In this document: piece after piece, positions 35,212 to 50,058 of the stretch
Layout: every line of letters starts with the position of its first letter
Numbering within the stretch: position 1 is the first letter of the stretch
Source of the DNA: the human T2T-CHM13v2.0 reference genome, Homo sapiens
Assembly (NCBI RefSeq): GCF_009914755.1
Contig: NC_060929.1
Reading direction: 5' to 3' (one strand)
Length of the DNA: 64,000 nt
The notes under the pieces: model-generated
What the model was told of the DNA's origin: nothing
What the model saw: only the letters and a program-made list of their open reading frames with translations
Database searches by the model: none
Translations under genes and position numbers: made by a program

Positions 35212-36443
35212 GCAAAACAACTTGCTCAGGGGAAACACAACTATTCTTGTTACCGAGACTTCAGAAAAATCCCTCTCATAGGAGAACACTCTTAAGTAAA
35301 ATAACGAATTTCATGATGCTTTTCCACCTAAATACCTCTAAGGGAAAGCAGTCAAGAACACACACATGCACATACACAAAATAAGCAGCATTCCTAAGGT
35401 TTGGTTTAACCCAAAGACAGGATGTAGAAGGCCCTACCCATAGAGATTCTGATTCTCCAGCTATGGAGTGGGGGCCTAGAATCTGTATTGTAAGTATTTT
35501 AGATAATTCTTATAAATAGTAACTAGAACAGTGATCTGTGACAAGAGACACCATATCATCACAATCACTGGGAAACCCTTTCAAAATATACACGTCCCTG
35601 CACTACCTTAGAACTAATACATATCTTCTCCAGAAGCAGAACAAAAGAATATGAAATAATGTTGTTCAGGCAGTCCTGAAACACAACCTGGTTAAGTAGT
35701 CAGGCTTAGGGGAATAAAAACGTATCCTTCAAACCAATCCTTAGCTAACAAATATTCTAGGTTTCTAAGTGAATGGTCCCAATGCTTTAATAGATATTTA
35801 AATTTTCTACATTTTCTGAGTTGATGACAGCCTCCTATGAAAGTTGAAACCTAAAATGAAAGCCATATCTTTTCTCTTTCTCTCCCTTTAGCAACGAGTA
35901 AAGGCATAATCCACAGGTAGGCTCAAATATACCTTAGAAAACATTCTATCTCCAAGATAAGTAAGTGATCCCCAAAGTTTCCAAAGTTCTGTGCCAGAGA
36001 ATGTGGCTGAAATAAAGTAACAGGTACACATTTAAATCTGAATGCCCACTTTGGACATTAAAAGAAAAATCACAAGCCAAGAATATCCACTTAAAGCATT
36101 AGCTTTCAAGTGGATCTACCAAGATGAACTAGTTGTAAAGTGTACTCCAATAAAATAAGCTGAGCTGTTACAAGGTTGTTATGAGCCTGTTAAATTGGAG
36201 GATGTCTGCCAATCAAAAAAGACAACCTGAAGTTTAAAGAGCTGATCTTAAGACTTCTTTTGTCAAGTAATGAGACTACATGACCACTTTTGCTTAGAAC
36301 CACTTCTAATTAATGACGATAAAATTATGACATTACCATAAATGCTTATTTTTCTGTATTCTATTAATGTATATTTATCATGTAATATTTGGGGAGGAAG
36401 AGGGAATAAAGGAAAATGTTTTTAGTCACATTAGAAATCATTA

Positions 36444-37043
<600 letters not shown>

Positions 37044-38076
37044 TGGAAATCATTACAAGATCTGTTAAGAGTCCATTCCTATCCACCTTGACTATGTCTC
37101 TCAAGTATATTTTAATTTAAAATTTATCTGTTTTGAACAGTTTTAGGAAAATCAATTTAAAGTATTCTTCTCCATAACCCTCAAAAAGGGAGAACAGGTG
37201 GCAAGAATTTTCAAGGGCCTCAAAGATGAACTTACTGCCCAAGAGGCTTGTGTTTTAGAACCTCACAATTTGCACTTGCGCGTTTGTGGTATTTAGGAAT
37301 TACAATATCCTAAAAAACGTAAACATTAAAAAGCATCATGATAAGGAGATATTGTTAAACAGGCATGATAATGGTATTGTGGTTGTGTTTTTAAAAAGTC
37401 CTCATTTGTTAGATACAGACAATTATTTACAAGTGAAATAAGATGTCTGGGATTCCTTTGAAATACGTACTTCAGCACACTCACAAACATGCACAAAGCG
37501 GGGTGGAGATAAAAGAAATGACTGGCCTTAAGTTGGTAACTCTTGAAGCTGGATGATGGGTACACATCATTACACCGTTCTATTTTAATGTATTTTGGAA
37601 ACTTTCCATAATAAAAAGATAAAAAGCATTATCTTAAGATAGATATCACTCATTTTAAGCATGATTCTTTTGAGAGATTATCTTCAGATGCTTAATGAAA
37701 GATCTGATATAACAAAGTAAAATGTTTTTGCAAGTTTATGAAGGGTAGATATGAAAAAGTATTACAAATGAGAAAAATCAGTTAAAAGTGAACACTCACA
37801 AAACAAATATTTAGGGAATGCTAATATATATATATTCCAGCAGTGAAAACACCAAAGTGCAGCTGTAAACCTAAAACTCCAAACCAAATACAATTCAACT
37901 TCTTTCTAGCCACTGCGTATGCAAGATCATGATAGGCGCAGGTGTCTGGGGAGGCAGAGCATTTAACCATTACATTTTACAGTTAAAATCAATAGCCAGG
38001 AGAATGGGGGCAGGAACTTGGTGGCTGGGCAGACGCTCCAGGGGCAAACGCCTGGGATCGTGGCTTTGTCACTTAC

Positions 38077-38700
38077 AGGATGGGACCTTTCCAAGCCTCA
38101 GTTCCTCCAGAGGGGATAACAGTACCTACCTTACAGGGTTGTTAGGAGATTTAATTATAAGAATGCATGCAAATAACAAGCAGCTCTTAACTGATAGGAC
38201 CTGATGGTGTTACTGTTAAGGACGGAGATTTTTACAGCCTCCCGGGTGAGATAAGAACGCCAGCTGCTAGGAAAAAAAAAAAAGACTCAGCGCGGTCTCC
38301 GCCCGCCCGTCTCCAAGCCTGAGGCGCAGGCCTATGGGATGCACGGGCTTCTTTTAGGCGCCCGTTTCAGGCTCCAGTCCCACTCTCCGCTCAGCCTAGG
38401 GCCCAGCCTCTGGCCGTCGGAACCAGTAGAGACGGCGGTTCCTCGGGTCCAACCCCCGGGCAGGAATCTGCGGTGCGCCTGGAGAGAGAAGCATCCGCAA
38501 CAACCTCCGCCTCAGCCAGGCCCGGGTTCCATCCGGGTTCTCCAGGGTGCTTCCCGCCCGCAAACTGGGAGAGGCGTCTCCCACACGCAGGCGCAGTAGC
38601 AAAGGGCTGTGGGATGGGCTGGCTGGCTTGAGTATTGAGCATGCGCGCTAGCCCTTCCCAATTTTTTTTTTAAGATTGTGTACGTGGAACAAGAAATCGT
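38077..38700 (-). promoter_or_regulatory. ZBED8: CpG-island promoter and probable non-coding exon 1 of ZBED8
   Basis: CpG-rich 38280-38700; NRF1-like GCGCCTGCG and GCATGCGC; candidate GTAAGT donor at 38076. Confidence 0.65.
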
Positions 38701-39675
38701 TTGTTTATTGTGTCTGCCAGAGAGGATGAACTGTACAATTTCAGGAATGGAAGGGGCTGTAAACTCCACATAGTTCTTTTTAACATGCAGAGCACTTAAA
38801 CTTTTATATTGTGTCGGGCTTTGAGCTTGGAGATAAAACGCCTGATAATTGCCATGTTCCATGTGGAATAAATGAGAGAAAAAGAGAAGGAAGCTCATTG
38901 TAATTTCAGATTAGACATTTCAGCAGTGGAGGATGAGCTTCCATAGCTTGTGTACTGTTGCCTATGCAAGCTGATCCCACTTTCCGTAAGTGGGAGCATA
39001 GGGATGAATTTCCATGTCATCATCATATATCTGAAATATTTTTATTTTAAATTCTTTCAACAACATGATTTCAAAGAAATAAACCCATATTAGAGAGGTT
39101 TTAGAGAAAAATCCCAAGTAGAAACTAGGAAACGTTGTTGAAAGAAACCGGAATATAGCCCTTTCCTGTTTGGGGGTCTTTCCAGAATTCTTATAAACTT
39201 AATGAGTTTACTCATTTTTGTACAATCTTGTTAGAAGCATTCCATAAGACTAGTGTGTGTGAGGAGTGGTGGGGCGTCAACGAATGTGGGCCAGATACAT
39301 CATTTTCAGGTGTTAAGGGTGAGCCTGGTAAATATTGACGGGCTGCTGAAGTTTTTTGTGGATGGAAGAAACTGCTAAAGACCAGCCTTGTTGGTCAAGA
39401 AATTAGGGCCTTCAATACTAGAGAAAGGGGTAGGCTTCAGAATCCCACAGCTAGCTTCATGTCCTGACTCCAACGGTTAGGATTTGTGCAGGTTACTTGG
39501 AGTTAATTCCATGTGCTTTTTGTAAAACTTACATATCATCCATTACCCCATGAAATTCTTTTGAGGAAGGAGATAACATTATGACAATTACAGTACATAA
39601 TTCTCGCACTCAAAAGGCAGCTATTATTGAGATAATAAAATCAAAGCTCAATCTGAGTAATGTCCTAGGCATTAT

Positions 39676-39905
39676 GTTTTTTTCTTTTTTTTTTTTTTTT
39701 TTTTTGAGACAGGGTCTCATTCTGTTGCCCAGGCTGGAGAGCAGTGGCGCAATCTCGGCTCACTGTAACTTCTACCTCCCGGGTTCAAGCAATTCTCATG
39801 CCTCAGCCTCCTGAGTAGCTGGGATTATAGGCGTGTGCCACCATGCCCAGCTAATTTTCGTATTTTTCATAGAGACAGGGTTCTGCTATGTTGGCCAGGC
39901 TGGCT
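39676..39905 (-). mobile_element. 5'-truncated Alu
   Basis: T tail plus right arm; flanking CTAGGCATTA repeat. Confidence 0.85.
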
Positions 39906-41227
39906 AGGCATTACTTTTCCAAAATAAAACAGAAGACATGATTCTGGATATTACAGAATTCTTCCTAAATCTAAGTAAACCAGGCCTCATAGAAGAGGGA
40001 AAGAGGTCCAGAAAGGTTAGGTGACAAGATGCTGAAATTTTCTTAAACTCACAGAAGCTAATCCAGGTTCCCCTCCCTGTCCCATAAACAACTTTTCTGC
40101 CAAATATTAGAAATAATGCTACAAACCACTCACAGTTAAGTATTGTCATTTATGTATCTTTAACAAAAGATAAAATACAAAACGGACACAACATCAGCCT
40201 TTATGTTGAACCACCCTGTTTAGGTAGGAAAATGAACATTGTTTTTCATTCTTAAAGTAAATAGGAATTAAATCTATTTGCATTGCTGTTTAATTTCATA
40301 CCAATCTAAAGCTCGACACTATGTATATCCAAAGTACTTGACAATTTGACTCAGTTACTCACACCACTGTTTCTGAGATGCTGACTTAATGCAGTATCCT
40401 ACAGGTGGTTTTTGGTAGTTTAGAAAAGCCAGTGAGTGGGCTGTTAAAAGTTGATATACTGATGTCAGAGGTTTTGTTAGGCTGTTTTCACTGATTCTAC
40501 TCTGTCAGTATTATCTTCACAGTGTTCTGAGAAGAGGCTTCTGGATCATGGCAATCTATTACTAATATCCCTAGAAGCTATCCTTATAATTCTTTCAATA
40601 AACCAACTTCAGGTTTTGTTTTTTTGCAAATTTTACAAACAAAGTAACAGCTGCTGGCTATAAATATTAGGATATTCTACAATTTAAAAAATCTAATATT
40701 CATGATTGTTACATAGGGACAATCACAATGAAAACAAACGGTAATGTAAACCATATCCTCTATGATAAAGGAAAGGATTTCTACACCTAGACTTATGTCC
40801 AGAATGGTAAAAGACCTACTACTGATCAGTCAATATTGACCCAATGATGAGAAAATAGTTGTTTTCCATTCAAAGACTAACACATTTAGTCTACTCCAGA
40901 GGCCAAGGAAGAGAGAATCGCTTGAGCCCAAGACTGCAGGGCATTATGACTTTGTCTGTGAAAAGCCACTGCTCTCTAGCCTGGGCAACATAGCAAGATC
41001 CTGTCTCTAAAAAAAATAAAAATAAATGTAGTCACAGAGTTGCTAGTAATTATTTAAAAAAACAAAGCCCTGTTTTTTTCTCAAAACCAAGGTGTGCTAA
41101 TACTAAATATAGGGCCACAAAAATCGAAGCAATAAAGTTTGAAGCTTAATAAATATAGAGAAAGAGACATTCTTAATAGGTAGAGAGCCAAGGCTTTTTT
41201 ACATGACTCACATAAAACTGGAAATAG

Positions 41228-41558
<331 letters not shown>

Positions 41559-41657
41559 TTAAATTCTATTCCCAAAAGCACACTTCATGTGCCTCTTCTT
41601 CTTTTCTTGTTTCCTCAGTATGGAAAGGAGTGAACTTACTGTGAGGCATCTGAAATA

Positions 41658-41663
41658 TTTATT
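41658..41663 (-). terminator. SLU7: Proximal poly(A) signal of SLU7
   Basis: AATAAA about 113 nt after the stop codon. Confidence 0.6.
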
Positions 41664-41775
41664 AAAGCCAGGCAGCAAGAAGAATAAACAAGGATTTTTC
41701 TATCTACAATCATCAATAAGAAGCTGAAAAGAATGTATCAGCTGCATCTATCTTGGATGGTCTTCTGACTAGTTG

Positions 41776-41955
41776 CTACTGTCCAAGGAAAGAGGCCATG
41801 GGGTCATCTGGCCTCTGACGTTTCATTCTATATGCCTCCATTTCCTCTTCAGTAGGTTCTCGAGTTTCATACATGCTATTGTAAGGCCGCTTCCTCTCAT
41901 CAATCTGCATGGTCTCCTTGACATGAAGAAGGCGGGCCTCCTCTGCGTTCAGTGC
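41776..41955 (-). CDS. SLU7: SLU7 exon 16 (last): ALNAEEARL...MASFLGQ*
   Basis: tag|GCA acceptor; TAG stop at 41776-41778; joined CDS gives 586 aa. Confidence 0.95.
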   Translation of the reverse strand, partial: ALNAEEARLLHVKETMQIDERKRPYNSMYETREPTEEEMEAYRMKRQRPDDPMASFLGQ

Positions 41956-42573
41956 CTATAGTGAGAGGAATAAAATGTGTATCACAGCTCTACATCAGAT
42001 GTCTTTTCTTCAAAAGTGGCAGAGTACCAACACACCCCACTGAATATGAACTGCTCTATCAAAAACGCAGATTGCCTGAAAGAGCTTTGGAGTCAGCCCT
42101 TCTACTGTCAAGCTACAACTAATCACTATTTGGCTTATATGATATTTTTATACAGCACAAAACATTCTATAACATTTTAAATCAATGTTGAAGAAATTTT
42201 ATTTAATAACAAAAATTAAATGAGGTTCACTTTACTTATACAAGCTCACAAATGATGCTTCTGGTAGAGACTACAATTCTGACTTTTCTCAAGGACTTGC
42301 CAAAACTTACAAACTACGGAGCTAGAAGGCAATTCTTTCTGGTCAACATGCCAATAACTCTAAAATGCTTTAGAATGCACATTTCTTCTGTCCATTAGTC
42401 ATAATTACTAAATACTCCAAGAAGAAGGCAATACCTACACCTCACAATATCTCCATTAATATAACTTGAGCAAATCACTCAGACTCTAGGCTTGTTTCAT
42501 CATTGTAAAAATGCATTTGGAGACAGGACTAGATCACAGGCCATTACAAATAAAGGCCTTTACAAATAATACT

Positions 42574-42912
<339 letters not shown>

Positions 42913-42930
42913 TTAGACTTCACAAATTAC

Positions 42931-43047
42931 CTTTTTCAATTTTTCATGCTTCTTTTCTTCATCATCACTATCTGAACTGCTCTTTCGATGCTTCTTCTTT
43001 TTCTTTTTCTTCTTCTTCTTTTCCTCTTTCAGTTTTTCTTGATGCAG
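42931..43047 (-). CDS. SLU7: SLU7 exon 15, lysine-rich region
   Basis: [39 protein letters not shown]; AG/GT borders. Confidence 0.95.
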
Positions 43048-43299
43048 CTGAAAGGGAGGATTGAAATGCAGTGTTATTAATGTGAAAACAAAGCTCAGGT
43101 GCACTACTTGGGCGGCTGAGGCACAAGAATCACTTGAACCCAGGAGGTGGAAGTTGCAGTGGGCCCAGACCGTGCACTGCGCTCGAGCCTGGGCGACAGA
43201 ATGAGATTCTGTTTCAAAAGAAAAAAAAAAACTCAGGTGCAGGTTTTAAAGCCCTCCCTCCAGGACTTAAAAATTCAGGACAAATGGTTATCAACTTAC

Positions 43300-43371
43300 C
43301 TCCATGAGGGTTTGAGGTTTTTTCACAGATTCTTCCCCAGTTATCTCATTTATAATACACTCCTCAGAGTT
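43300..43371 (-). CDS. SLU7: SLU7 exon 14
   Basis: NSEECIINEITGEESVKKPQTLME; AG/GT borders. Confidence 0.93.
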
Positions 43372-43521
43372 CTGTGGGAAATACATGTAATTTGAGTTGA
43401 GTGTCATAGTTACTAATCATCTAAGAACAAGTTAAAATTTGAAACATGAGACAGCATGTTTTAGTTTGACTTAGGAGCTTCGGTTGTTTTATACCTTTAA
43501 GAACCAAAGACAATTACTTAC

Positions 43522-43626
43522 AACAATCTCCTTCCCAGCTTCTCCAGTACAATAGGAATACTTGAAAAAAGAGTGACAGCATTTGTATCCCCATCGGCCT
43601 TCTTTCCAGTACGATCCCCAGATATG
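43522..43626 (-). CDS. SLU7: SLU7 exon 13
   Basis: [19 protein letters not shown]...KEIV. Confidence 0.95.
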
Positions 43627-44958
43627 CTGCAGAGAGAGAAATTAAAAAGCTTAAAAAGGAAGCTGAAATTAGAAACTTCTGTATACTGTTGATAAGAGTA
43701 TAAAATAATACAGCCCATTAAAGGTAATTTGGGGGAAAAATTATGGGGATTCAAGGCTGGCTAACAGGGAGAAGGTAGTCTGACCTGAAGTGTGAGAAGC
43801 AGGACCTGTAGTTACAAAACTCTTAAATTCTATTCCCAAAAGCCTATTAAAAAATTTAGGGTATCTGACTTCTCTTGAAAAACGTAGGAGTGGGAAATTC
43901 TGGGCCTATATAACCACTTGGCAATAATCAGCTGTTGCTGAACAGTGGATGCCCCATTAGATAGGGCTTGTGTTCTCCAGTTTGTACAATTTGCCTGGCT
44001 CACTTCACTCATGTATGATCACTGGTCTGGCTCCTATAGGGAGTTAGGTTTTTGACCCTCAACTAAGAGAGAGGTTGTAGTTTGGTTACTTCAAGAGAAC
44101 AGCAAAGGACAATATATGCTTTATGATGTTTACAATGCAATATGAATATACTACATTACTTATTAAATATTCTTGTCAAAATATTTAACTTATATCCAAT
44201 CAAGCCGTTAGACCTAAATTCCTATTTATAAAACATACAGGGATAGAGAAACAAGTTATATAACACTACTAGGAACCAGTCAATACAGAATATGAGACAA
44301 TTTACAAACTAATTGGCCTAATCTGTTAAATGGTCACCGTCATGAAAATGAAGAGATACACTCTAGAAAAGAGACATAATAACCGCATAATGATCAAAAG
44401 AAATTTGAAACGAATTCTGACTAAAACAAAAAATAGGTGTTAAAGGCATTTTTCTGTATATTTTGGAAAATGTGATTAATGACTAGATATTAGGTGATAT
44501 AATGTTAATTTTCTGAAGTGCAATAATGTCGATGTGGTTATATAGAAGAAAATCCTCATTTTAAGGAGATATGTGATACAGCGTTTATGGATAAAATGTC
44601 ATGATATACATAATTTCCAAATGTTTCAGTCAAATAAATATATACATAAACTATATGTGTGTATATATGTGTATTTTACATATATATGTAAAACTGTGCA
44701 TATGCACACATACAACTAGACAAAGCATATAAGGCAATATGTTAAAAATTTCAGAATTTAGATGATGGGTATATAGATGAACATAGTATTCCTTCAAAAT
44801 TTTTCTATTTTTGAAAAAATTCCATGAAACAGTTAAAATTTTTTTTTTTTTTTTAAAGCATAGAGAATACAAATGGTTAGCTAATAAAGTTGTAGTGGAA
44901 AAATGCAATACAGAGCAAAACCAACAAGGACACAAAATTGTTCCAGTTTAGCACATAC

Positions 44959-45120
44959 TGTGTGATTGTGGATCTTCACATCCTCCTCATACTTAGAGCA
45001 GGCAACAGCCCGCTCCTGTCCTTTGATGACTGTCCCATGTCTTGAGTACTCCACATAGTCTTCAGTCTGGGCTAAAAGCAATTCAGCTGGAGGGGCATCC
45101 AAATGTTCTTGGCCACCATA
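44959..45120 (-). CDS. SLU7: SLU7 exon 12
   Basis: [16 protein letters not shown]...KIHNHT. Confidence 0.95.
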
Positions 45121-45315
45121 CTAAAAGGACATTGGACATTATTCAATACATTTTACAACCTGATTTGCATTTAAATTTCCAGAAAACATTTATTTCTAAT
45201 CAGAAAGAAAGGGAACATTCTTTACTGGGTTTTGTTATAGAAAGCACAGTAGGAAAAAAAAAGCCACAAATTTTTTCTGAGGCAAATAGAAGATGTCTCA
45301 GTTGCTATTCATCTG

Positions 45316-45810
45316 TTGAGTACAGTAAGTTACAAGATGGCCATAAATTCCTCTTATCTTTGTATACATGCCCTTTTGCCACAGGGCTTTGCTTTTCTTC
45401 CCATCAAGAGACGAAGTCTTTCTCTGTCCCTTGAATCTGGGCCTGACCATGTTATTTGCTTTGACCAATGGAAGTTGGCAAATGTGATGCAAGCAAAGGC
45501 ACTTATGTACCACAGCACACTTTTTGCTGCCACTCTCTAGAACTCTGAGAATGCCATTTTAAAAAGCTGCGCTACCCTACTAGAGGATGAAAGACCACAT
45601 GGGGTGGAGATGAGCTGTCCCAGAAGAGGTCCCCTTAGGACAATTAGCCTGTTAACTGCTAAACACAAGAGTGAGGCCATCTTAGTTCATCATCTAACCT
45701 CAGCTGAGCAAGCCCAGACCAGGAGACTTGGCCAACTGTGAGAAACAATAAATGTTTATTTTAAGCTATTAAGATTTGAGGTAGCTTGTTTTGCTGCAAA
45801 AGCTCATACA
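45316..45810 (+). mobile_element. MaLR LTR (MLT1F-like) in SLU7 intron 11
   Basis: AAGATGGCCATAAATTCCTC...AATAAATGTTTATTTTAAGC...ATACA. Confidence 0.7.
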
Positions 45811-45970
45811 AAATTGTATACCATCTGACTAAGAGAAAGGAAGAAAAGGACTATTCTTCATGGATTAAGAGGGCTCTCTTTGCATTATTTTCCAAATGTA
45901 AAACTAACGCTTATTAACTAGTAACTTCTCTTTAACAGAAGTTCTTCTTTAGCATTTTGGTCAAAATTAC

Positions 45971-46110
45971 CTTTTCCAGGATGCTTTCTTTCTGCTGTTC
46001 TTTGAAATCTTCTTTTTTGACTTTGAAGGACTTATACAACAGCTCTAGCTTTGTAGGATCTGCCTGTAGATGCACTTCAGATCCCTTGTCATAGGCTTCC
46101 CATGCAAACA
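45971..46110 (-). CDS. SLU7: SLU7 exon 11
   Basis: [20 protein letters not shown]...SILEK. Confidence 0.95.
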
Positions 46111-46240
46111 CTAGAGTAATTCAAAACATCTTAGTGAGTTGGCAGCTGCATTACTGTATGCTTCTTGAAAACAAGCTTTAAACAATCCCAAACGTCTTAT
46201 GAGCTGATATAAAATGGCTTGACATAGAGGAAACACTTAC

Positions 46241-46308
46241 ACTGTGTCTGAGCCATTGAAATGGTATCTCCTGTGTACCTAACAAAGTTATCTCCAGCAT
46301 AACTCACT
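46241..46308 (-). CDS. SLU7: SLU7 exon 10
   Basis: [22 protein letters not shown]. Confidence 0.95.
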
Positions 46309-46465
46309 CTGTAAATACAAATAAAGAAAATGTTTCAGAGATTGATTTAAGGAAAATTAATTCGTAAAACTGAATCTGAATTAAAATGAACACCATCTAT
46401 GGTCAGGTCAGAAAACAATTAACTTTCTCTCATCTTAAAATCTGTACATTTAACTTGATACTTAC

Positions 46466-46563
46466 TCATCTGGATTCTTTCCTGCATTGGCATAAGGATT
46501 CTCTCTCATTGCTCTAGTTTTTGGATCATAGTAGGCAGAATTTGGATCTAAATTCCTCAAATA
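46466..46563 (-). CDS. SLU7: SLU7 exon 9
   Basis: [32 protein letters not shown]. Confidence 0.95.
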
Positions 46564-46823
46564 CTAGAAGAAAAAAATATTTAAAGAATTAATGTTTACT
46601 CACAGCAAAAAGATTTCAGCAGACTAGTTGGAGGAGTTGAACATGATCAATTAAATAAATATGTGTATACATTTCTGGGGTTCAGGTGAAGAGAAAAAAC
46701 AGAATGAAACCTTATCTTAGAATGACTCTGACTATATTATCCATATGCTACCCAGAGTCGATAAAATTTATGCTGGGAAGACAAGTATTTTTCAAATATG
46801 TATGTTAAGCTGACAAGACTTAC

Positions 46824-46955
46824 TTTTGCAATATCTTCTCGAATCCTGAGATTCCGGACAGTAATTCGTCTCTTGGAGTCAAAATTCTGTCCAGGCATGT
46901 CAATATCATCTGCATATTTATCTTCATCCTCATCTTCACTATTATGATCTTTTTC
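46824..46955 (-). CDS. SLU7: SLU7 exon 8
   Basis: [17 protein letters not shown]...[11 protein letters not shown]. Confidence 0.95.
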
Positions 46956-47144
46956 CTAAAAGAGGGAGAGGAAGGAAAAGTAAGAAGAAAAGAAAGCAGC
47001 ATGTAGTTCTTTTTTTTCCCCTTTCCCTTTAACCAAACCCTTATTTACTTGTGTTCTTTAAAAGCTATTATTAGTGTTATTTATTATTAGCCATCAGAAA
47101 TTTAAAAATTTAACATATACTCAGAGACAGCAAATATGTATTAC

Positions 47145-47192
47145 CGTCTGAGAATTTGGTTCCTCTTCTCCCCACTGGTGTTTTGGAGAATT
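47145..47192 (-). CDS. SLU7: SLU7 exon 7 (48 nt)
   Basis: NSPKHQWGEEEPNSQT; cag|...|gtaata. Confidence 0.93.
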
Positions 47193-47254
47193 CTGCATCA
47201 TGAAAGAAGAAAAATCATTCATAATCTCATTCCACTTAATCCAATTAACTTTAT

Positions 47255-47407
47255 TATTAAGATAATAAAGTATTATTATCTTATTATAAATAATATATTT
47301 ATATAATAAAATATATTTTATTATATATATTTATATTATATATAATAAATATTTATTATATAATAATATATAATATGTAACTTATAAATAAGTATTAAGA
47401 TAATAAA
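47255..47407. repeat. AT-rich tract with nested palindromes
   Basis: Almost pure A/T; perfect palindromes at 47300-47327 and 47339-47362. Confidence 0.9.
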
Positions 47408-48924
47408 ACTTAATTCTAACTGAACAAACTCTCACACTTCTCAGTTATAATGAGCGCAAAAATTCTGAATACAAGAGTGCCATTGTAAATAATTTTATTA
47501 CACTGTCTATAAAGCCAGCAAATTTCAAGAGAATTTTAATTAAGATTATAACCACAAAATGGTAACAGAAAGATTAAGATGTCCAAAGTACCCAATAAAT
47601 ATTAATTTCTAAATGTGTTAGTCTTCAGACATACTGTATTCATTAAACGTTACTAGTTTCCTAGTAAGTCCAAAAAGAAAATATTACTGGGTTCATGTCT
47701 TCACAGCCAAAGTGAAGTTTGGGCAATGAAAAAAATCTACAAGTGACACAGTATTGTAATTTAAGGAGAGGCCAAACTCCTTGTCACAAGGATACACTTT
47801 TCTTCGCTAGCAATTGGTCAGAATACTTTCTAACTCCACAGAATGCCTACACTAACGTGGTCAGTATTTCATCATGTCCCTTCATAAAGGCTTCAAAGAT
47901 TAAAAATACTTAAAAAAAAAGAGAATACATTATAGCATTAGTGAGGAGATGCAGAAACACGTGTATGTATATATACTATATAGATGGAAGCATAAATCTG
48001 CATGGCTTTTCTGAATGATGGCTAAGTGATATGTCATAAAAATTTTAGAAATACAAACTCACTGAAATACACTTCTAGAAGGTTATCCTAGTATCATGTC
48101 AATTATATAAAGATGTATAAGAATGTGATGTGCAGTGTTGTATATGTGCAATGTTTTTTCAAAACACTGGGAAAAAATCAAATTAATAGATCACTGGTTA
48201 TATAATGTATTGCACTCCATGGAACACTGAACGGCCATTAAAAGTGATTCTATCCAAGGGGCAGAAAAGTATGTATCGTTTCCTAACTTTTTTGATTAAA
48301 AAAAGGGGAGGGGAGAGACAGATAGGATAAGGGTATATATTTGTATTTGTATTTATTCAAGACAGTCTGAAAGGAGCCACACACATACACAAAAGAGTTG
48401 GGGCGAGGGGAAGTTTAGTGTTAGGGTGGATAGAAACAGGGGTGGAGAGACTTCGCTGTGCATCTTCTTAAATTGTTTTAATTTTTGAGCCATGTGAATT
48501 CATACAAAAATAAATGATGCTATAGGTCTATAAATATAGACAGAAAACACGTTCCCACTGTACTCTATGTTGTTAAATTAAAAAAGAAGGTAATAAATGA
48601 ATATATAAAGATGGATTCATGTAAGAAACATTTTGTATTCTAGCACACATGAACAGGTATATGTGGACAAGAGAGACCTGGAAAGGCCTACTTCAAAATG
48701 TTCACAATTAACACAGGGATATTTTCTTTTTTATATTATGTTCTAATTTTTTTCCACTTAATATGTGTTACTTTCAAAATTAGAAATATAAATATTTTGT
48801 AAAAAATAATTTTTTTGAGTTCCCACTATTTGCTAGTTCACCAAAGACATTTACATACATTTCTATAGTGACAGCTAAGTCTCTAAATCTACTGTATGTG
48901 GTTCATCTTAATATCCAAGCATCC

Positions 48925-49078
48925 TGGGAGCGGGGAGAGATAGCATTAGGAGATATACCTAATGCTAAATGACGAGTTCATGGGTGCAGCACACCAACAT
49001 GGCACATGTATACATACGTAACAAACCTGCACGTTGTGCACATGTACCCTAAAACTTAAAGTATAAAAAAAAAAAATA
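48925..49078 (+). mobile_element. Short primate L1PA 3'-end insertion in SLU7 intron 6
   Basis: GATAGCATTAGGAGATATACCTAATGCTAAATGACGAG...AAAACTTAAAGTATA; TSD ATCCAAGCATCC at 48913 and 49079. Confidence 0.9.
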
Positions 49079-49369
49079 ATCCAAGCATCCAAGTGGGCAA
49101 AAATCATTAGCCCCTTACATACATTAAGTATCCTTACTGGGGAAATAAATTACATTACGTTTACAACAAACAACAGAGAATACATTAGAACAAAAGAAAC
49201 AGGCCCTTTTTCTTTTCCCAAAGTTAGTAATAAATAAAAATAATCACAACAATAATAGCTACTAATTACCCAGTGTTTACTATGTGATATGTATATAAGC
49301 TTCCTGGGGGTAGGTGTTATCATTTCTATTTCAGACATACTAAACTGCAGCTCAGAGAGGCAAATTCAC

Positions 49370-50058
<689 letters not shown>

